64,000 nucleotides of DNA from IMG/VR virus record IMGVR_UViG_3300021431_004524, positions 96,001-160,000 of that record. One strand, written 5' to 3'. Below the pieces are notes generated by a model, which made no database searches, was not told the DNA's origin, and worked only from the letters and a program-made list of their open reading frames with translations. Below are positions 1 to 11,719 of this stretch, piece after piece; position 1 is the first letter of the stretch, and each line of letters opens with the position of its first letter. The stretch comes from a virus (taxonomy: Duplodnaviria > Caudoviricetes). Both the position numbers and the translations under genes were made by a program.

Positions 1-234
1 CTAAATATGGTGATGAGGGAATTGTAGAACCCGGAAAACCGATAACCGGTACAGAAGCAACTATATGGTACGCAATATGGGGTGAATCATCTGAACCCGG
101 AACTAAATAACATTTAATTATATAAATAAAATAAATGCCAATGTTCAACAAAATATAAGTGGTCAATGTTATTTAGATGGTTCCAGTGCAGAACAAACAA
201 TTTTTATGAGATATGAATTTAAACAAAATCCATA

Positions 235-3159
235 ATGAACAATATTCAAATTAGATTAGGACATACAGATTCCGTAAATTCAGTTGATAGACAGAATTTC
301 TTAGACGTAGAACTTAAAAATACGTCTAAGTTATCTCATTTTACTGATATTAAAGCGACGATAGACCAATACGAACAGTTTAATACGGAAAGAGAAAACT
401 GCAATAAATATCGTTTAATTTTAACCATTAATCCATATTGTACAAATGTCTTATTTAATCCGTTTACTGAAATCGTATATGCAGAGGGTGCGGGTGCAAT
501 TGAAAATAAATTTGTTGGATGTGAAGCAATTGTTGATGGAGATACTTTCTGGGATAATGATAAGGATAAGGATGAGGAACCGGATATAGAAAAAGATTAT
601 GCTAAACAATTAAACATAGACAAAGTTTACGGTAATGCAAAGCCAAATCGTGTTCAAATGATAATGAACACTGAATATTCAAGACCTGGCTGTGCTAATG
701 ATAGTAAGGATAAGAATGGAAGAGAAATAACTGATGAAAATTATGTATATCATCCTGGCTATGATATATTCAATAATCATATATTAAGAAACAAATCCTT
801 CAAAATTGTAAATAAACCAAAAGGAAACAACCACGAGCAATTTTTTAATACTATTGCGGATAAAATGCGTTATGCTGATGGTGAACAGGTGAAATATCGA
901 AGAAGGGAAAGTTTACAAGATGATACTATGCCGGAAAGAGATAAACATTTATATGATTATGCTGATATATTACAATTTTCAAATGGTGATGCAATTAATG
1001 CCAATCTCACTGAAGAGAATGGCTGGTATGGTTTTATAAATACTTCAACAATACAATCACGTGACCCGGATGCTGGAGAAAATGGAGATAAATTTAATGA
1101 ATTGAATATTGGCCGTGTGTTGAATGACCATAAATCGTGTGAGTTTATTGATATGTATCCTGATAGGACATTATACTCATTTAATCCTAAGTATAACAAA
1201 TACCGACATCGTGAGGAATATAATTGGGAAGTAATTCTTACATATCCGTATAAAAACGTTGTTGCTGATAAGAAAAACAATGATTACAATGTTGTAAAAG
1301 ATGGTGATTGTAATGGATTGTTAATTCTTTCTGCCGTTAAGACTATGAGTCCAAGCAATGAAACAATAATTTTGTTTAGATGCATGACTAAACATGGGCT
1401 TAAACGTGGGGACACAGTGAGATTTTATTATATAGATAAAGAAGATGAAAATAAAAAATGGCAACAGTATGAAAAGAATTTCATTGTAAGAAACATAGGA
1501 GATTTGGAAAATAATGAAAAAGAATATTATTTCTATATAAATGATATGGATTTCATTAGACTAATTGACCCGGATAAATATGATGATATGGATGAAAATA
1601 ATAATGATTTTCAAGTACCCGATAAAAAATACCGTTTTGCAAGAATAGTCGGAAATGTTCCTTCAAGATACTATATAAGGATTTTCAAGAAATTACCAAA
1701 TTTCAAATATGCTGAAAAGAAGTTCCCAACCGACGGAAGTATGACAATTGATGATTATATCAATAATAATGCGAAGTATCCTGAATATTTTCCGGATGAT
1801 AAAAAGGGAAAAATGGTAACTTATGATAAGGAACAATATAAATTGGCATTTGAGTCAACAATTTACAATGATGATAGTACGCAGATAGTATTTACTGATA
1901 CTATTGATATTGATAATCTTGTCGATAGTCGTGGTTGTCCATTAACCGAGATTTATACCACAATTGTTAAAACAAATTACGGACATGACATGTGGTATGG
2001 TACTAATGGAAAAGATATTAATCGTAGTAATGAAGGTGTTGAATTTTCGCATTGTTTCGGACCGGTATCTGAAGGTTTGCAATTTTCACAGATAGAAACC
2101 GAATCCAAATATGCAGAGACAAATAGGAGAAATTGTGGTGATGTATGTATGTTATGTGTAGAAAAAGATAAAAATACTAATAAATATTTTGTATCTACAC
2201 CTTACAATGAGAATGTTACAATAGGTTCAAATGATGAATTTTTGGGTGATATAGTTGAATTTAACCCCAACGAATGTATTGAAAAATCATTACAATTCTT
2301 TATGCACCGTTTTAATACTGCTCAGAGGGAGTTGAGTGATGGAAGAATTTTCACATGGAATGAAATATGGTCAGACGATTGGGATGCTAAACCAAGTAAT
2401 GAAGACCATGTTATAACTGATAAAACTGATAAAGGTGATTTTCCTTTTTCCGTTACTGAAGAGACTCTTGATGATGACACGGTAACACAACGCCATGAGG
2501 GATATTTCTATCAACCGCATTATCGTATTCCTTTAAGGGAATTCGGGGCTATTATACAAGACCAACACTATGATGTTAATATAAACAAGATAGAACCTGT
2601 GCAGGCAGATGCCATTTATTTGAAAATAGTCACAAAAACAAGGAGTGGTGTCAATAAGGGCGATATTATTTATCTTTTTGATGATAAGAATAACAAAGTA
2701 TATGACTTTATTGTTACATATGTCGAAAATAAAGTTTCATTCTACGTAATGCCGTATGTAAAAGAGGGTAATCCTTGGCAGATTTTCAATTCAAAGAGTC
2801 AATTAAACTGGCTGGATATATGTAATTTGGCTGTTCCTGATGATAACGGTGAAATAAAACTTTATTTCAGAATAAAGAATGAAGAAATTCCACCTTATGC
2901 TGAAAAAGTCGGTAAAAACAAGTATTTGTGGCGTGAAGTTTTAAAGCCCGGCAATATGGATATACAGAATTTACCTGAATACGCATATTCAAACAATGCA
3001 TTTTACATATCTAATGAAATCAATTTCTTTTTGAAGAGGCAAGACCCACAAGGTTGGAATAATCTTTATTATGAGGATGGTTTCCCTAACGATATTCGGG
3101 GAAATATCAAGAAAGAATCTAATTATATCTATAAGGAAGAGAAAGAAGTCATATGTTAA
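235..3159 (+). CDS. large hypothetical protein, probable virion structural protein
   Basis: 974 aa ORF in a tightly coupled run of large D/N/Y-rich ORFs; no enzyme motif recognised. Confidence 0.55.
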   Translation: MNNIQIRLGHTDSVNSVDRQNFLDVELKNTSKLSHFTDIKATIDQYEQFNTERENCNKYRLILTINPYCTNVLFNPFTEIVYAEGAGAIENKFVGCEAIVDGDTFWDNDKDKDEEPDIEKDYAKQLNIDKVYGNAKPNRVQMIMNTEYSRPGCANDSKDKNGREITDENYVYHPGYDIFNNHILRNKSFKIVNKPKGNNHEQFFNTIADKMRYADGEQVKYRRRESLQDDTMPERDKHLYDYADILQFSNGDAINANLTEENGWYGFINTSTIQSRDPDAGENGDKFNELNIGRVLNDHKSCEFIDMYPDRTLYSFNPKYNKYRHREEYNWEVILTYPYKNVVADKKNNDYNVVKDGDCNGLLILSAVKTMSPSNETIILFRCMTKHGLKRGDTVRFYYIDKEDENKKWQQYEKNFIVRNIGDLENNEKEYYFYINDMDFIRLIDPDKYDDMDENNNDFQVPDKKYRFARIVGNVPSRYYIRIFKKLPNFKYAEKKFPTDGSMTIDDYINNNAKYPEYFPDDKKGKMVTYDKEQYKLAFESTIYNDDSTQIVFTDTIDIDNLVDSRGCPLTEIYTTIVKTNYGHDMWYGTNGKDINRSNEGVEFSHCFGPVSEGLQFSQIETESKYAETNRRNCGDVCMLCVEKDKNTNKYFVSTPYNENVTIGSNDEFLGDIVEFNPNECIEKSLQFFMHRFNTAQRELSDGRIFTWNEIWSDDWDAKPSNEDHVITDKTDKGDFPFSVTEETLDDDTVTQRHEGYFYQPHYRIPLREFGAIIQDQHYDVNINKIEPVQADAIYLKIVTKTRSGVNKGDIIYLFDDKNNKVYDFIVTYVENKVSFYVMPYVKEGNPWQIFNSKSQLNWLDICNLAVPDDNGEIKLYFRIKNEEIPPYAEKVGKNKYLWREVLKPGNMDIQNLPEYAYSNNAFYISNEINFFLKRQDPQGWNNLYYEDGFPNDIRGNIKKESNYIYKEEKEVIC

Positions 3160-4946
3160 AATATCAGTTAAATACACGGTTCATCAGAAATGACCTGGTT
3201 CCGATTGAATTATACGATTATTCAAGTGACGAACTGCTTGGTGATGAATTTAAGGATAAAATGTTGCTTACTTGCTATTCAAATGGAGAATTAACTTTTG
3301 GTAAGGATGCAAGTATAATGGCCATGTATGAACAATATATGGTCAATGACGATTTTATATCTTCCACAGCATATAATTTTAGCACTATTTATCATCCTTA
3401 TGGTTTAAATAAAGAAAATCGCTCATTTTCAATTATTTATAACAAATATTTCAACCTTGAAGTTGAAAGAACAAGTGTTACTACTGAGTTAGTAGATGGT
3501 CAACCACAAAAAACATGGTGGTATATATGGTTTAAGGGCAGTCATTTATTTGATATAAGTGGTGGTAATACATATACATTGTATCTTACGTTTGACGGTC
3601 CTAATGGATATAATGAAGACGAGCCTTTTGAATTGGAAGTTAATGGTTCAACATTTGTAACGAGTTCTATACTTAGGTTTTCTTATAAAGATGTTTTGGA
3701 TAAGATTGAACTTAACGGTGTTAAACTTGAGGATGTTATTTTCTATGAAGAAGATGGACAAACAGTCAGTGATGTATCGAGGGTGAGATTTTTCCGTGAC
3801 AATTTCGTATTTACCACCGGCATGTTCCAATTGTTTCTTGATAGGGCAATGGCAACGATTTCTTTACCGATTGAGCAGAAATTTGCCAGTGACTTATATC
3901 AGGATGACAATATACGTGAGCATTTTACGAATGCTGAAATCAAAAAGTCCATTAATAAGATAACTGAAATGGAAAAGGATGTGTATCATCCTGTTATATG
4001 GGATTCAGAAGACGATAAAGTAAAAAATGAAGTTTATAAAATAAGATTTAATCTACATTTCAGAGAACATAGAGGTGATGATTGGCTTGCAGATGCGGAT
4101 ACGTATTGGAATGGTGTAAATCCTGCCAAATTAGAGCCTATTGATGGTTATTTTACTTATTCTAATCCAGAACAACAGTCTGATTTGCTTACGTATTTGA
4201 ATTTTACTGACAAAGATGTACGCTATCAGAAAAATAAACTAAAGAAATCGTTTTTAAGAGTCATGTTTTTTGATTCAATGAATCCGGCTAATCAGAATAT
4301 GCTTGCATATTATACGATTTTCATGGATAGTGGAAATTATTTCAGTAAATATGCAAGATATATAGAGGCTGAAGGGTATAGAAAAATCAGTAAAACACCG
4401 GATGACACCGGTAAATATGACATAAAGGATAAATTAACGGGAATAAAAGTAGATAGAGAGCCAACAATAGATAAGGACACCGATATTGATGATATTGAGG
4501 AAGTTAGATTAAGTTCTCAGTTTGTCGTAGAGGATAAATATATGTCTGATGCTTCGAGTGAAGGTTTCTATCTTTATCTGTGGAAAGATAATTTCTTAGG
4601 TACATATCCTCAGAATATATACATGAAAGTGGAGTTTAACCATGCGGGATATGGAAGAACTATTCCGTTTATGTGCCCGTTTAAAGACCCGACTAAGAAT
4701 GAGGGTAACGGTTTCAAGTCATTTAGTGAGATATTAGATGATTGGTCTAGTAATGATAAAAAATACGGTATAGTAAAGTATTCAAAATATTCATACATAC
4801 ATTTTAAGTATAAGTATGACAAGATAAGTGAGAGACACGTATATTATCTTGATGATAAATTTTATGGAACTAAGCCGGATAAAGGTGGTGTCCATTTTGA
4901 AGATAACGCCATAACAATAAATTTATATGAAGCGAAGATAGTTTAA
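3153..4946 (+). CDS. hypothetical protein, probable virion structural protein
   Basis: 597 aa ORF overlapping upstream stop. Confidence 0.55.
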   Translation: MLKYQLNTRFIRNDLVPIELYDYSSDELLGDEFKDKMLLTCYSNGELTFGKDASIMAMYEQYMVNDDFISSTAYNFSTIYHPYGLNKENRSFSIIYNKYFNLEVERTSVTTELVDGQPQKTWWYIWFKGSHLFDISGGNTYTLYLTFDGPNGYNEDEPFELEVNGSTFVTSSILRFSYKDVLDKIELNGVKLEDVIFYEEDGQTVSDVSRVRFFRDNFVFTTGMFQLFLDRAMATISLPIEQKFASDLYQDDNIREHFTNAEIKKSINKITEMEKDVYHPVIWDSEDDKVKNEVYKIRFNLHFREHRGDDWLADADTYWNGVNPAKLEPIDGYFTYSNPEQQSDLLTYLNFTDKDVRYQKNKLKKSFLRVMFFDSMNPANQNMLAYYTIFMDSGNYFSKYARYIEAEGYRKISKTPDDTGKYDIKDKLTGIKVDREPTIDKDTDIDDIEEVRLSSQFVVEDKYMSDASSEGFYLYLWKDNFLGTYPQNIYMKVEFNHAGYGRTIPFMCPFKDPTKNEGNGFKSFSEILDDWSSNDKKYGIVKYSKYSYIHFKYKYDKISERHVYYLDDKFYGTKPDKGGVHFEDNAITINLYEAKIV

Positions 4947-6809
4947 ATGAGTAAGATACAGAAAACAATATGCAGAGAGGAACTGAAGTCACGTATTCCG
5001 GGATTGTTTGCCTATATAGAGGAAAATGATGCCGGTGAATTTAAACTTCATAAAGCAACGGACTCATTAAGTGGTTGTTATGGTAAAATTATCGAAAATA
5101 TGACTGTAAACGCCTCGTTAAAGGTTAATGGTGAGGATATAATAATGAGTGGTAATGTGTATTCGTACAGAACAATTATGAATGCTTATTATCAATATAA
5201 AAATAATAGTATTGATACCGTAGAGGATACTAATTTTTTTAAATTTGTCGATGATGCCATTGGAAAGGTAGAGATAGATTTCAATACACTTGGTTTGGAT
5301 GAGGAAAAGAATGACATGGTTCCACATTATATCTATTTGGCAAATACAAGAAATCTGTTCAGCCAATATTCAAAACTGAAAATTGTATATGATTATTATA
5401 CAGGTGGGTATACTGAAATTGATGGGAAACTTGCACCAAGTACTTTCGATATTAATAATTTAGAAGGGGATATTTGCTGTTTGTGTGCCAAATATGTAAG
5501 AATGGGTGGCACTATAATGTATAATAAATTAAATGGATTAATTTCTGAGGCTGAAACTGTCGCAAATAGATATTACGGCTATGTAGCAAATAATGATAAT
5601 TTGACTTTGAATTTAAACGTGTCATTAAAACAGTCAATTCATGATATTGGCTATCTTTCATGCTACTTACATGAATGGGTTGGAGGTGAAGAACATTTTA
5701 AAGACGAATTGTACACTTATAATGGATGTACATATAGATGTATGGAAAATAACCACGATAAATACAATGAAGAATTGATGAGATTTGAATTTGATGATAC
5801 TAAATTCAAAAAGATAACGGATTTGTATGATGGTGAAGGACAAGAAGAAATATATGATAAGTTAATTTCTTCATATAATCCATTTGGAAATAAATGGGTA
5901 ATTCGTGATGAGGATGGAAACATATTAACTGATGATAAATCTTATAATTTATCTGGTTCTGCCGACAGTAAGTTAAAATCATTAAGAAAATATAAGAATT
6001 ATATTAACGGTGAGGATAAAGAGGAAAAACCGAGTGATGATGAGGATTGGCTTTATTTCTATCGTGTTGGTACTGTTATTAATTATACAACAGTTACAGA
6101 TAATTCTGGAAACATAGCAGATATCGATAAACTTGCTGAAGGTATATTGGAACCGGCAACAGATGTTAATAAACTTGCAGCCTATGGCAATGTAATTAGT
6201 AATATTGAACCAGACCAAGACCAGACAAAACGAACAATAACGTTTGAATATTACATAAATGCACATTTAAAAGCCAAAAAAGTTATTACAAAAAAAGATG
6301 ATGACGGTAATACATTATATATGTTTGATGGATTTTATGCCGATGAAGATGACAAATATCATGGTGTAAAATATACGGAGACATATACATACGATGAAGG
6401 TGGAGAATTGGATAAACTTGTCAATGGTCAAGATACTATAACATTTGACGATTATGTAAATGATATTGACGATAGTATAACAACATATAATAAATATCCA
6501 TTTAGACTAACCGATTCAATTGTTTATTATAACAAGGAATTGCCTACGCAAATTGTTAGTATTCCGTTTATAAAAAGTGATTATGAAACCACTATAAAAA
6601 ACGAAACTGACTATTTATTTGCAGAGACGTTTAAGACGGACTATTTGGGCGATATAACCTATAAACCGAAGGTCGATAATAATGTAAGAATAGACAGAGG
6701 TAATTATTCAGCGTTTGAAAGGCATTTGAAACTTGCCGAGGTTAAAACTTTGAATGACCTTGTTGAGTATAGTAACGGTTCGTTTTTTAACGTGCAGAAA
6801 GTGAATTAA
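4947..6809 (+). CDS. hypothetical protein, probable virion structural protein
   Basis: 620 aa ORF abutting upstream stop. Confidence 0.55.
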   Translation: MSKIQKTICREELKSRIPGLFAYIEENDAGEFKLHKATDSLSGCYGKIIENMTVNASLKVNGEDIIMSGNVYSYRTIMNAYYQYKNNSIDTVEDTNFFKFVDDAIGKVEIDFNTLGLDEEKNDMVPHYIYLANTRNLFSQYSKLKIVYDYYTGGYTEIDGKLAPSTFDINNLEGDICCLCAKYVRMGGTIMYNKLNGLISEAETVANRYYGYVANNDNLTLNLNVSLKQSIHDIGYLSCYLHEWVGGEEHFKDELYTYNGCTYRCMENNHDKYNEELMRFEFDDTKFKKITDLYDGEGQEEIYDKLISSYNPFGNKWVIRDEDGNILTDDKSYNLSGSADSKLKSLRKYKNYINGEDKEEKPSDDEDWLYFYRVGTVINYTTVTDNSGNIADIDKLAEGILEPATDVNKLAAYGNVISNIEPDQDQTKRTITFEYYINAHLKAKKVITKKDDDGNTLYMFDGFYADEDDKYHGVKYTETYTYDEGGELDKLVNGQDTITFDDYVNDIDDSITTYNKYPFRLTDSIVYYNKELPTQIVSIPFIKSDYETTIKNETDYLFAETFKTDYLGDITYKPKVDNNVRIDRGNYSAFERHLKLAEVKTLNDLVEYSNGSFFNVQKVN

Positions 6810-6864
6810 AGTTTGAAAACAGCATAAAAATAATATATATTGATAGATATACATATTAAGGTAA

Positions 6865-7776
6865 ATGAATAGTACATATGGGATTGTAAAAGCTAGTTTG
6901 ATAGACCCTGCGCAAGATGCACAGGTGTTTTATCATTATAGGCCGTCAAGAAGTAGTCAGGATACTTCTTTTGAAAATTTCAAGGAAATCAAAGACGTTT
7001 CATCAATTTTCACAAACTCTAAGTTAGAGACTGATGAAAATGACAAACGTTTACCTGGTATGTATAATCTTAATTTGCCAGTGTCTATATTTGGTAAAAA
7101 GGGTATTTACACGATTTACATAAAACCTAAAGAGTTTTCATGTACAATTAAAGATGTCGGTTCATTGTCAGCATATCCAGATGTAAAAGGTATCGTTATT
7201 GACATAGATAGTGTCGAAAACCGTTCTATGTTTGATACTGATAAATTAGTTGGATATCGTGTTGAATATTTTGAATATAATAACAGTAACGGTTTGGAAA
7301 GACAAGATTATTACAGGTTAATCACAAGTAATAATATGTGCGAACCGGTTTCACAGAACCTTACATCAGCAAATACAAATTCAAATGGCTATCGTTTTAA
7401 TGGAAGTGGTAGTTTATGTTTCATAACGCTTACGCCATCTACAAGTCCGAGTTTTAAGAGTAATTCTAAACCATATATAGGAACACCAAATCAAAAAATA
7501 GTCATCACCAATACTAAGTTCGACCCTGTAATGATTGAACTTGAAATGGTTGACCATGATATTGAGACACTTAGTGTAATGGCCGAGGGTAATATGATAA
7601 GGAATATGGATAAGGGTATCGTATCCTATTATAACTTTAATAATGAGATTTACAAACAGTATGAGTTCTCAACGATTAAGGATAATTACACTAAGAATAG
7701 TGTAGCAGAGACAAAATTTGACAGAAGCGATAATATTGACAACAGTCTTGATATAAATGATTTGATGGAAGTATAA
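6865..7776 (+). CDS. hypothetical protein, probable virion (tail/baseplate) protein
   Basis: 303 aa beta-rich ORF, TAATG-coupled to next gene. Confidence 0.5.
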   Translation: MNSTYGIVKASLIDPAQDAQVFYHYRPSRSSQDTSFENFKEIKDVSSIFTNSKLETDENDKRLPGMYNLNLPVSIFGKKGIYTIYIKPKEFSCTIKDVGSLSAYPDVKGIVIDIDSVENRSMFDTDKLVGYRVEYFEYNNSNGLERQDYYRLITSNNMCEPVSQNLTSANTNSNGYRFNGSGSLCFITLTPSTSPSFKSNSKPYIGTPNQKIVITNTKFDPVMIELEMVDHDIETLSVMAEGNMIRNMDKGIVSYYNFNNEIYKQYEFSTIKDNYTKNSVAETKFDRSDNIDNSLDINDLMEV

Positions 7777-10487
7777 TGGCAAGATATAGCAAGATACATA
7801 GTAATTACGTTTTAAGTAAAACCCATCAAGATACCAAAAAAGGTCGTATATATGTGAGAGATTGGGTTACAATCGGCGGGCAGCATCAGATTGAGAAAGG
7901 TAAAAAACCATACTATTCTGATACTAACTTCCTTTTTACCGATAATTCATACCCATCTTACAAGAAAAAACATAACTACGGTAAGTGGGTAGCCCATTGG
8001 GATTACGAAGACGTAAAAAACAGTAAAGAAGATGTAAATATAGTAAAGGTCAATACGTCAAGTAATGATATACGTGACTTTGCTTATTATGGCTCTGCTG
8101 TAGAACTTGTCAAATCCTCTGTAACCAACATTATTAAATGGTTTCCTGCAAGGATTACATTGTCAACTGAGGCTGTAACTTATTTAGATGACAATCAGTA
8201 CAAAGAATTATCCGGTTATAAGATGCTGAATAACCCTTTTGAGGTTGATTTTGTACATACCCTCAGTGAAAAGGAAAAGGAAGAATACAACGTTGACCGT
8301 TTCTTGTGCGAATCATACGGAAATTTTATTTTTAAAGCACAAGATAGTGAGTCGGTACCGGAAACGGAAATGGAAATTATGTCATACACTGTTACAACAT
8401 CTAATGATTACTTGTTAGGTGGTTGTATACCCGAAAATTGGCTACCGAGAGACAATAGAGAACCTGTATATTCAGTTTCAATCAATGGTAGAAAGGTAAT
8501 CGAGGCATGGGTTATTAATTATGAGATTATTCCATTGAGTCAGTTATATAAATTGGAAATTAAACCTAAAAAAGAACTTCTTGATAACTATTTCAATGAA
8601 ATAGATGGTTTTGAGAAGCAACTTTTGACACTTGATTCGAAACCGTTGTATAAAAACTCTTTTTTAACGGCTATTGAAGGAGAATTAGACTATAAATACG
8701 TCTATCGTGATTATACGTGGCCGTCAACAGCAGTAGAATTTACCGTAGGAAATGAAACATTTACACATGGCATAATTGACATATCATCACAGACGTATAT
8801 GGACTATGTGTCAAGTTTGATTGATATGGCTTCTGTCTTTGATGAATTGTGGTGTGATAACCTTTATAGGAATATGACGCATGAATCCATCAAGAACTTT
8901 GACTGGACATATACAAGGGAATATAATGAAGGTGATGAACAAGACAACATAGACGGAGGCAATCAGATAATGAAATTAATTCGTGTCTATGGCCGTGCAT
9001 TTGATGACCTCAAACACAAAATAGATGGTATAAAATATGTTTCAAACAACACCTATGACGGATTTGTTAATCAACCTGATGCTGAAATTTCAGATAGACT
9101 TGAATTAATGGGATGGGACGTAACGTCTACAATTCCAAATTTCATTGATACTGACCAAGGATATATTGGAAAAGATACCGGATATGTAATCGATAAGAAA
9201 ACGTGGGATAACCTTAGTTCTATTGAGCAAGGTAAATATGAACTTGCTTACTATGATGAAGAAACCGGTGATATTATTGGCCAAACGTCTTATAATAAAC
9301 TTGATACTGAAAGTAAAAAGAAATTTAAGAACTATTATCCTCAAATGGATTTGAGCGATGAAAAAATTACCTCATCATTTATTGAAGAAAATGAATATAA
9401 ATGGTTTGATGCGGTAAACAGTAATAATATCAGTGCTCAGAAATCGGATATTGATTTCATGAAAAGGTTGCTGTTGTCTTCAAGCTGTATTTTCAATACA
9501 AAAGGCACTAAACATTCCATCGACATGGTAATGGGCATGTTTGGTTTCGGTGAAAGTGATTATACAATTACTGAAACATATTATCAAACAATCCCAATGG
9601 ACTATACAGATGAAACATATGATGAAATAGAGAATATCAATTATTACAAGAATTATTCTAAACATTATGATGATGCTTATTCTGGTGTTCCTATAAAGGA
9701 TATTTTCTTAGGTAGTAAACATGTCATTGTGCCATATTATGACCAAAGAAGGATATATGACGGTGATTTCATATTTGAAAGCCGCGGTGGATGGACTGAG
9801 AATGGTGAAAATACAGGAATATATACTGAAACATTATCATACCTTCATGTGGTAAGTGATTTTAGTGAGTTGTTGGATATTGACCCTAATTCATTACATG
9901 ACAAAGACATATATTATGTGGCAAACCTTTCAAGTTACAGTGAATATGTTAATACATTGCCACCTAACTTATCACATTTCTTTGTTCTTGTGCTAAATGA
10001 AGATTATAATGGTAAATACATGCCACACCTACCAGAGTCATGGGATAATATTGACATGAGTGATGTAAATAATGAAGATACAAAAAGAGCAAAATACCTT
10101 GATAGTATTATATCGACAAACATAGGAAATAATCCCCATGTCGGTTACGGTACATATGATAGTGGTGACGAATTTAAGCAATATATGGAGAAACCATTCA
10201 AATATGCCATTGATGAATATCTTCTTGATGAAGATTGGAAAACAAAGGCAGAGGATTTAACATTCAATATCAGTGATGCGGAAGATAATGACAAGGTTAA
10301 GAATCTTGTTAATTCTGGTGACAACACACCATATTATATTAACAGAAAATACATTAAAATCACAAATAATTTAGATAATGATTTGTATAAAGAATATTTT
10401 ATGGATGTTATCGTAAAATATCTTATGCAAGTTATTCCATCTACTGCCATACTTGTATTGGAAGGTTTCGATTATACCGAATCTTGA
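7776..10487 (+). CDS. putative baseplate wedge-like structural protein
   Basis: 903 aa; IFNTKGTKHSIDMVMGMFG resembles the KGT motif of phage baseplate wedge/tail-I proteins. Confidence 0.45.
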   Translation: MARYSKIHSNYVLSKTHQDTKKGRIYVRDWVTIGGQHQIEKGKKPYYSDTNFLFTDNSYPSYKKKHNYGKWVAHWDYEDVKNSKEDVNIVKVNTSSNDIRDFAYYGSAVELVKSSVTNIIKWFPARITLSTEAVTYLDDNQYKELSGYKMLNNPFEVDFVHTLSEKEKEEYNVDRFLCESYGNFIFKAQDSESVPETEMEIMSYTVTTSNDYLLGGCIPENWLPRDNREPVYSVSINGRKVIEAWVINYEIIPLSQLYKLEIKPKKELLDNYFNEIDGFEKQLLTLDSKPLYKNSFLTAIEGELDYKYVYRDYTWPSTAVEFTVGNETFTHGIIDISSQTYMDYVSSLIDMASVFDELWCDNLYRNMTHESIKNFDWTYTREYNEGDEQDNIDGGNQIMKLIRVYGRAFDDLKHKIDGIKYVSNNTYDGFVNQPDAEISDRLELMGWDVTSTIPNFIDTDQGYIGKDTGYVIDKKTWDNLSSIEQGKYELAYYDEETGDIIGQTSYNKLDTESKKKFKNYYPQMDLSDEKITSSFIEENEYKWFDAVNSNNISAQKSDIDFMKRLLLSSSCIFNTKGTKHSIDMVMGMFGFGESDYTITETYYQTIPMDYTDETYDEIENINYYKNYSKHYDDAYSGVPIKDIFLGSKHVIVPYYDQRRIYDGDFIFESRGGWTENGENTGIYTETLSYLHVVSDFSELLDIDPNSLHDKDIYYVANLSSYSEYVNTLPPNLSHFFVLVLNEDYNGKYMPHLPESWDNIDMSDVNNEDTKRAKYLDSIISTNIGNNPHVGYGTYDSGDEFKQYMEKPFKYAIDEYLLDEDWKTKAEDLTFNISDAEDNDKVKNLVNSGDNTPYYINRKYIKITNNLDNDLYKEYFMDVIVKYLMQVIPSTAILVLEGFDYTES

Positions 10488-10541
10488 AATAATCGACATG
10501 TGCAAAGTGTTTTTGAAAGATAAAGAAGAATAATTTATGAT

Positions 10542-11711
10542 ATGAACAGAACAATATTGGTTGATAATATGAATCTTGTGTTTCCGGCTAATTGGGCAGC
10601 CGGAGACACTTCTAATCAAGATGAATTTACTGTTTTAATTGACGGAAAATCCGAGGGTGGAGGATTCAGATATGAAACAAGTAATGATGATTGGTTTGAT
10701 ATTATTCTTACTGATAATACGTTCACTGTAACTGTAAAGGAAAATTTCGACATTATTGAAAGAAACGGATATATCATTATACACCATAACAAAATGATAG
10801 GCGATGATGGTGAGGTGGTTGTTAATATCAAGCAAAATGGTGTTGAATGTGCCATACAAGCCAATCCGTCTGAAATAAGTTTCACCATTTATCCTTGGGA
10901 AAAACCGGACTTAGCAGATATACAAGCAAAACCTGAAAAAGATGAGAGAGAGATTAATATTTCTGTTATTGGTGGCAATGAAAAATACTTTATCAAGTCA
11001 TTTAAGGAATATAAACCAGTTGAAGTGACTAATGACAAAGGCAGAACTACTGTGAATAAGGTAATACAGAATGACAAAGGTATAAAAATCGAAAAAACAG
11101 GCGAAGATAAATTGAAAATTACCAGTTATGGACGTGTTTTTAAGGAAAACGACCAATTCTATGAGATAGTTCTTGCACATGATAATGATATTAGCAAAAC
11201 AGCGACTATTAAGGTTACATATGACGGTGTAGCAATTAATGATGATGTTCCATCATTAAATAGTAATACTAATCAAGTCGAAGAAGTTGTGAATACCGAA
11301 CCTACAAGAACCATGTTAAGAAAATCTGCTAATAGTTTAACCACTAAAAACGAAAATACTGACAATATGGGTAGTTATCTTAAAATTTATGGTTTAAATG
11401 AGCCAATTGTTGAATTAACAAAAAGGGGCAGGAAAAAAAGCATAGAAGAACCCTCAGAAGAAATCATTTTTGAACACGATGGTGGTGTAAAGGAATATGA
11501 TTTTGAAGTATCTCCAAAGCATGCATACGTAACAGTTAAATTGAATTGTGATTTCGTAAAATATAAGATAACCAATAATAAACTTATATTGGAAGCATCG
11601 CCAAGCACGGATATTTATGACCGATATGGCTTTATTAGAATAAGAAATGCAAGTGACCCGTTTGCTGTAGTATATAAGAGAATAGTACAAAAAGGAGAAA
11701 GCCCAAAATAA
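10542..11711 (+). CDS. BACON-domain protein
   Basis: DWFDIILTDNTFTVTVKENFDIIERNGYIII and a similar C-terminal repeat fit the BACON Ig-like pattern. Confidence 0.6.
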   Translation: MNRTILVDNMNLVFPANWAAGDTSNQDEFTVLIDGKSEGGGFRYETSNDDWFDIILTDNTFTVTVKENFDIIERNGYIIIHHNKMIGDDGEVVVNIKQNGVECAIQANPSEISFTIYPWEKPDLADIQAKPEKDEREINISVIGGNEKYFIKSFKEYKPVEVTNDKGRTTVNKVIQNDKGIKIEKTGEDKLKITSYGRVFKENDQFYEIVLAHDNDISKTATIKVTYDGVAINDDVPSLNSNTNQVEEVVNTEPTRTMLRKSANSLTTKNENTDNMGSYLKIYGLNEPIVELTKRGRKKSIEEPSEEIIFEHDGGVKEYDFEVSPKHAYVTVKLNCDFVKYKITNNKLILEASPSTDIYDRYGFIRIRNASDPFAVVYKRIVQKGESPK

Positions 11712-11719
11712 CTTTCTCC

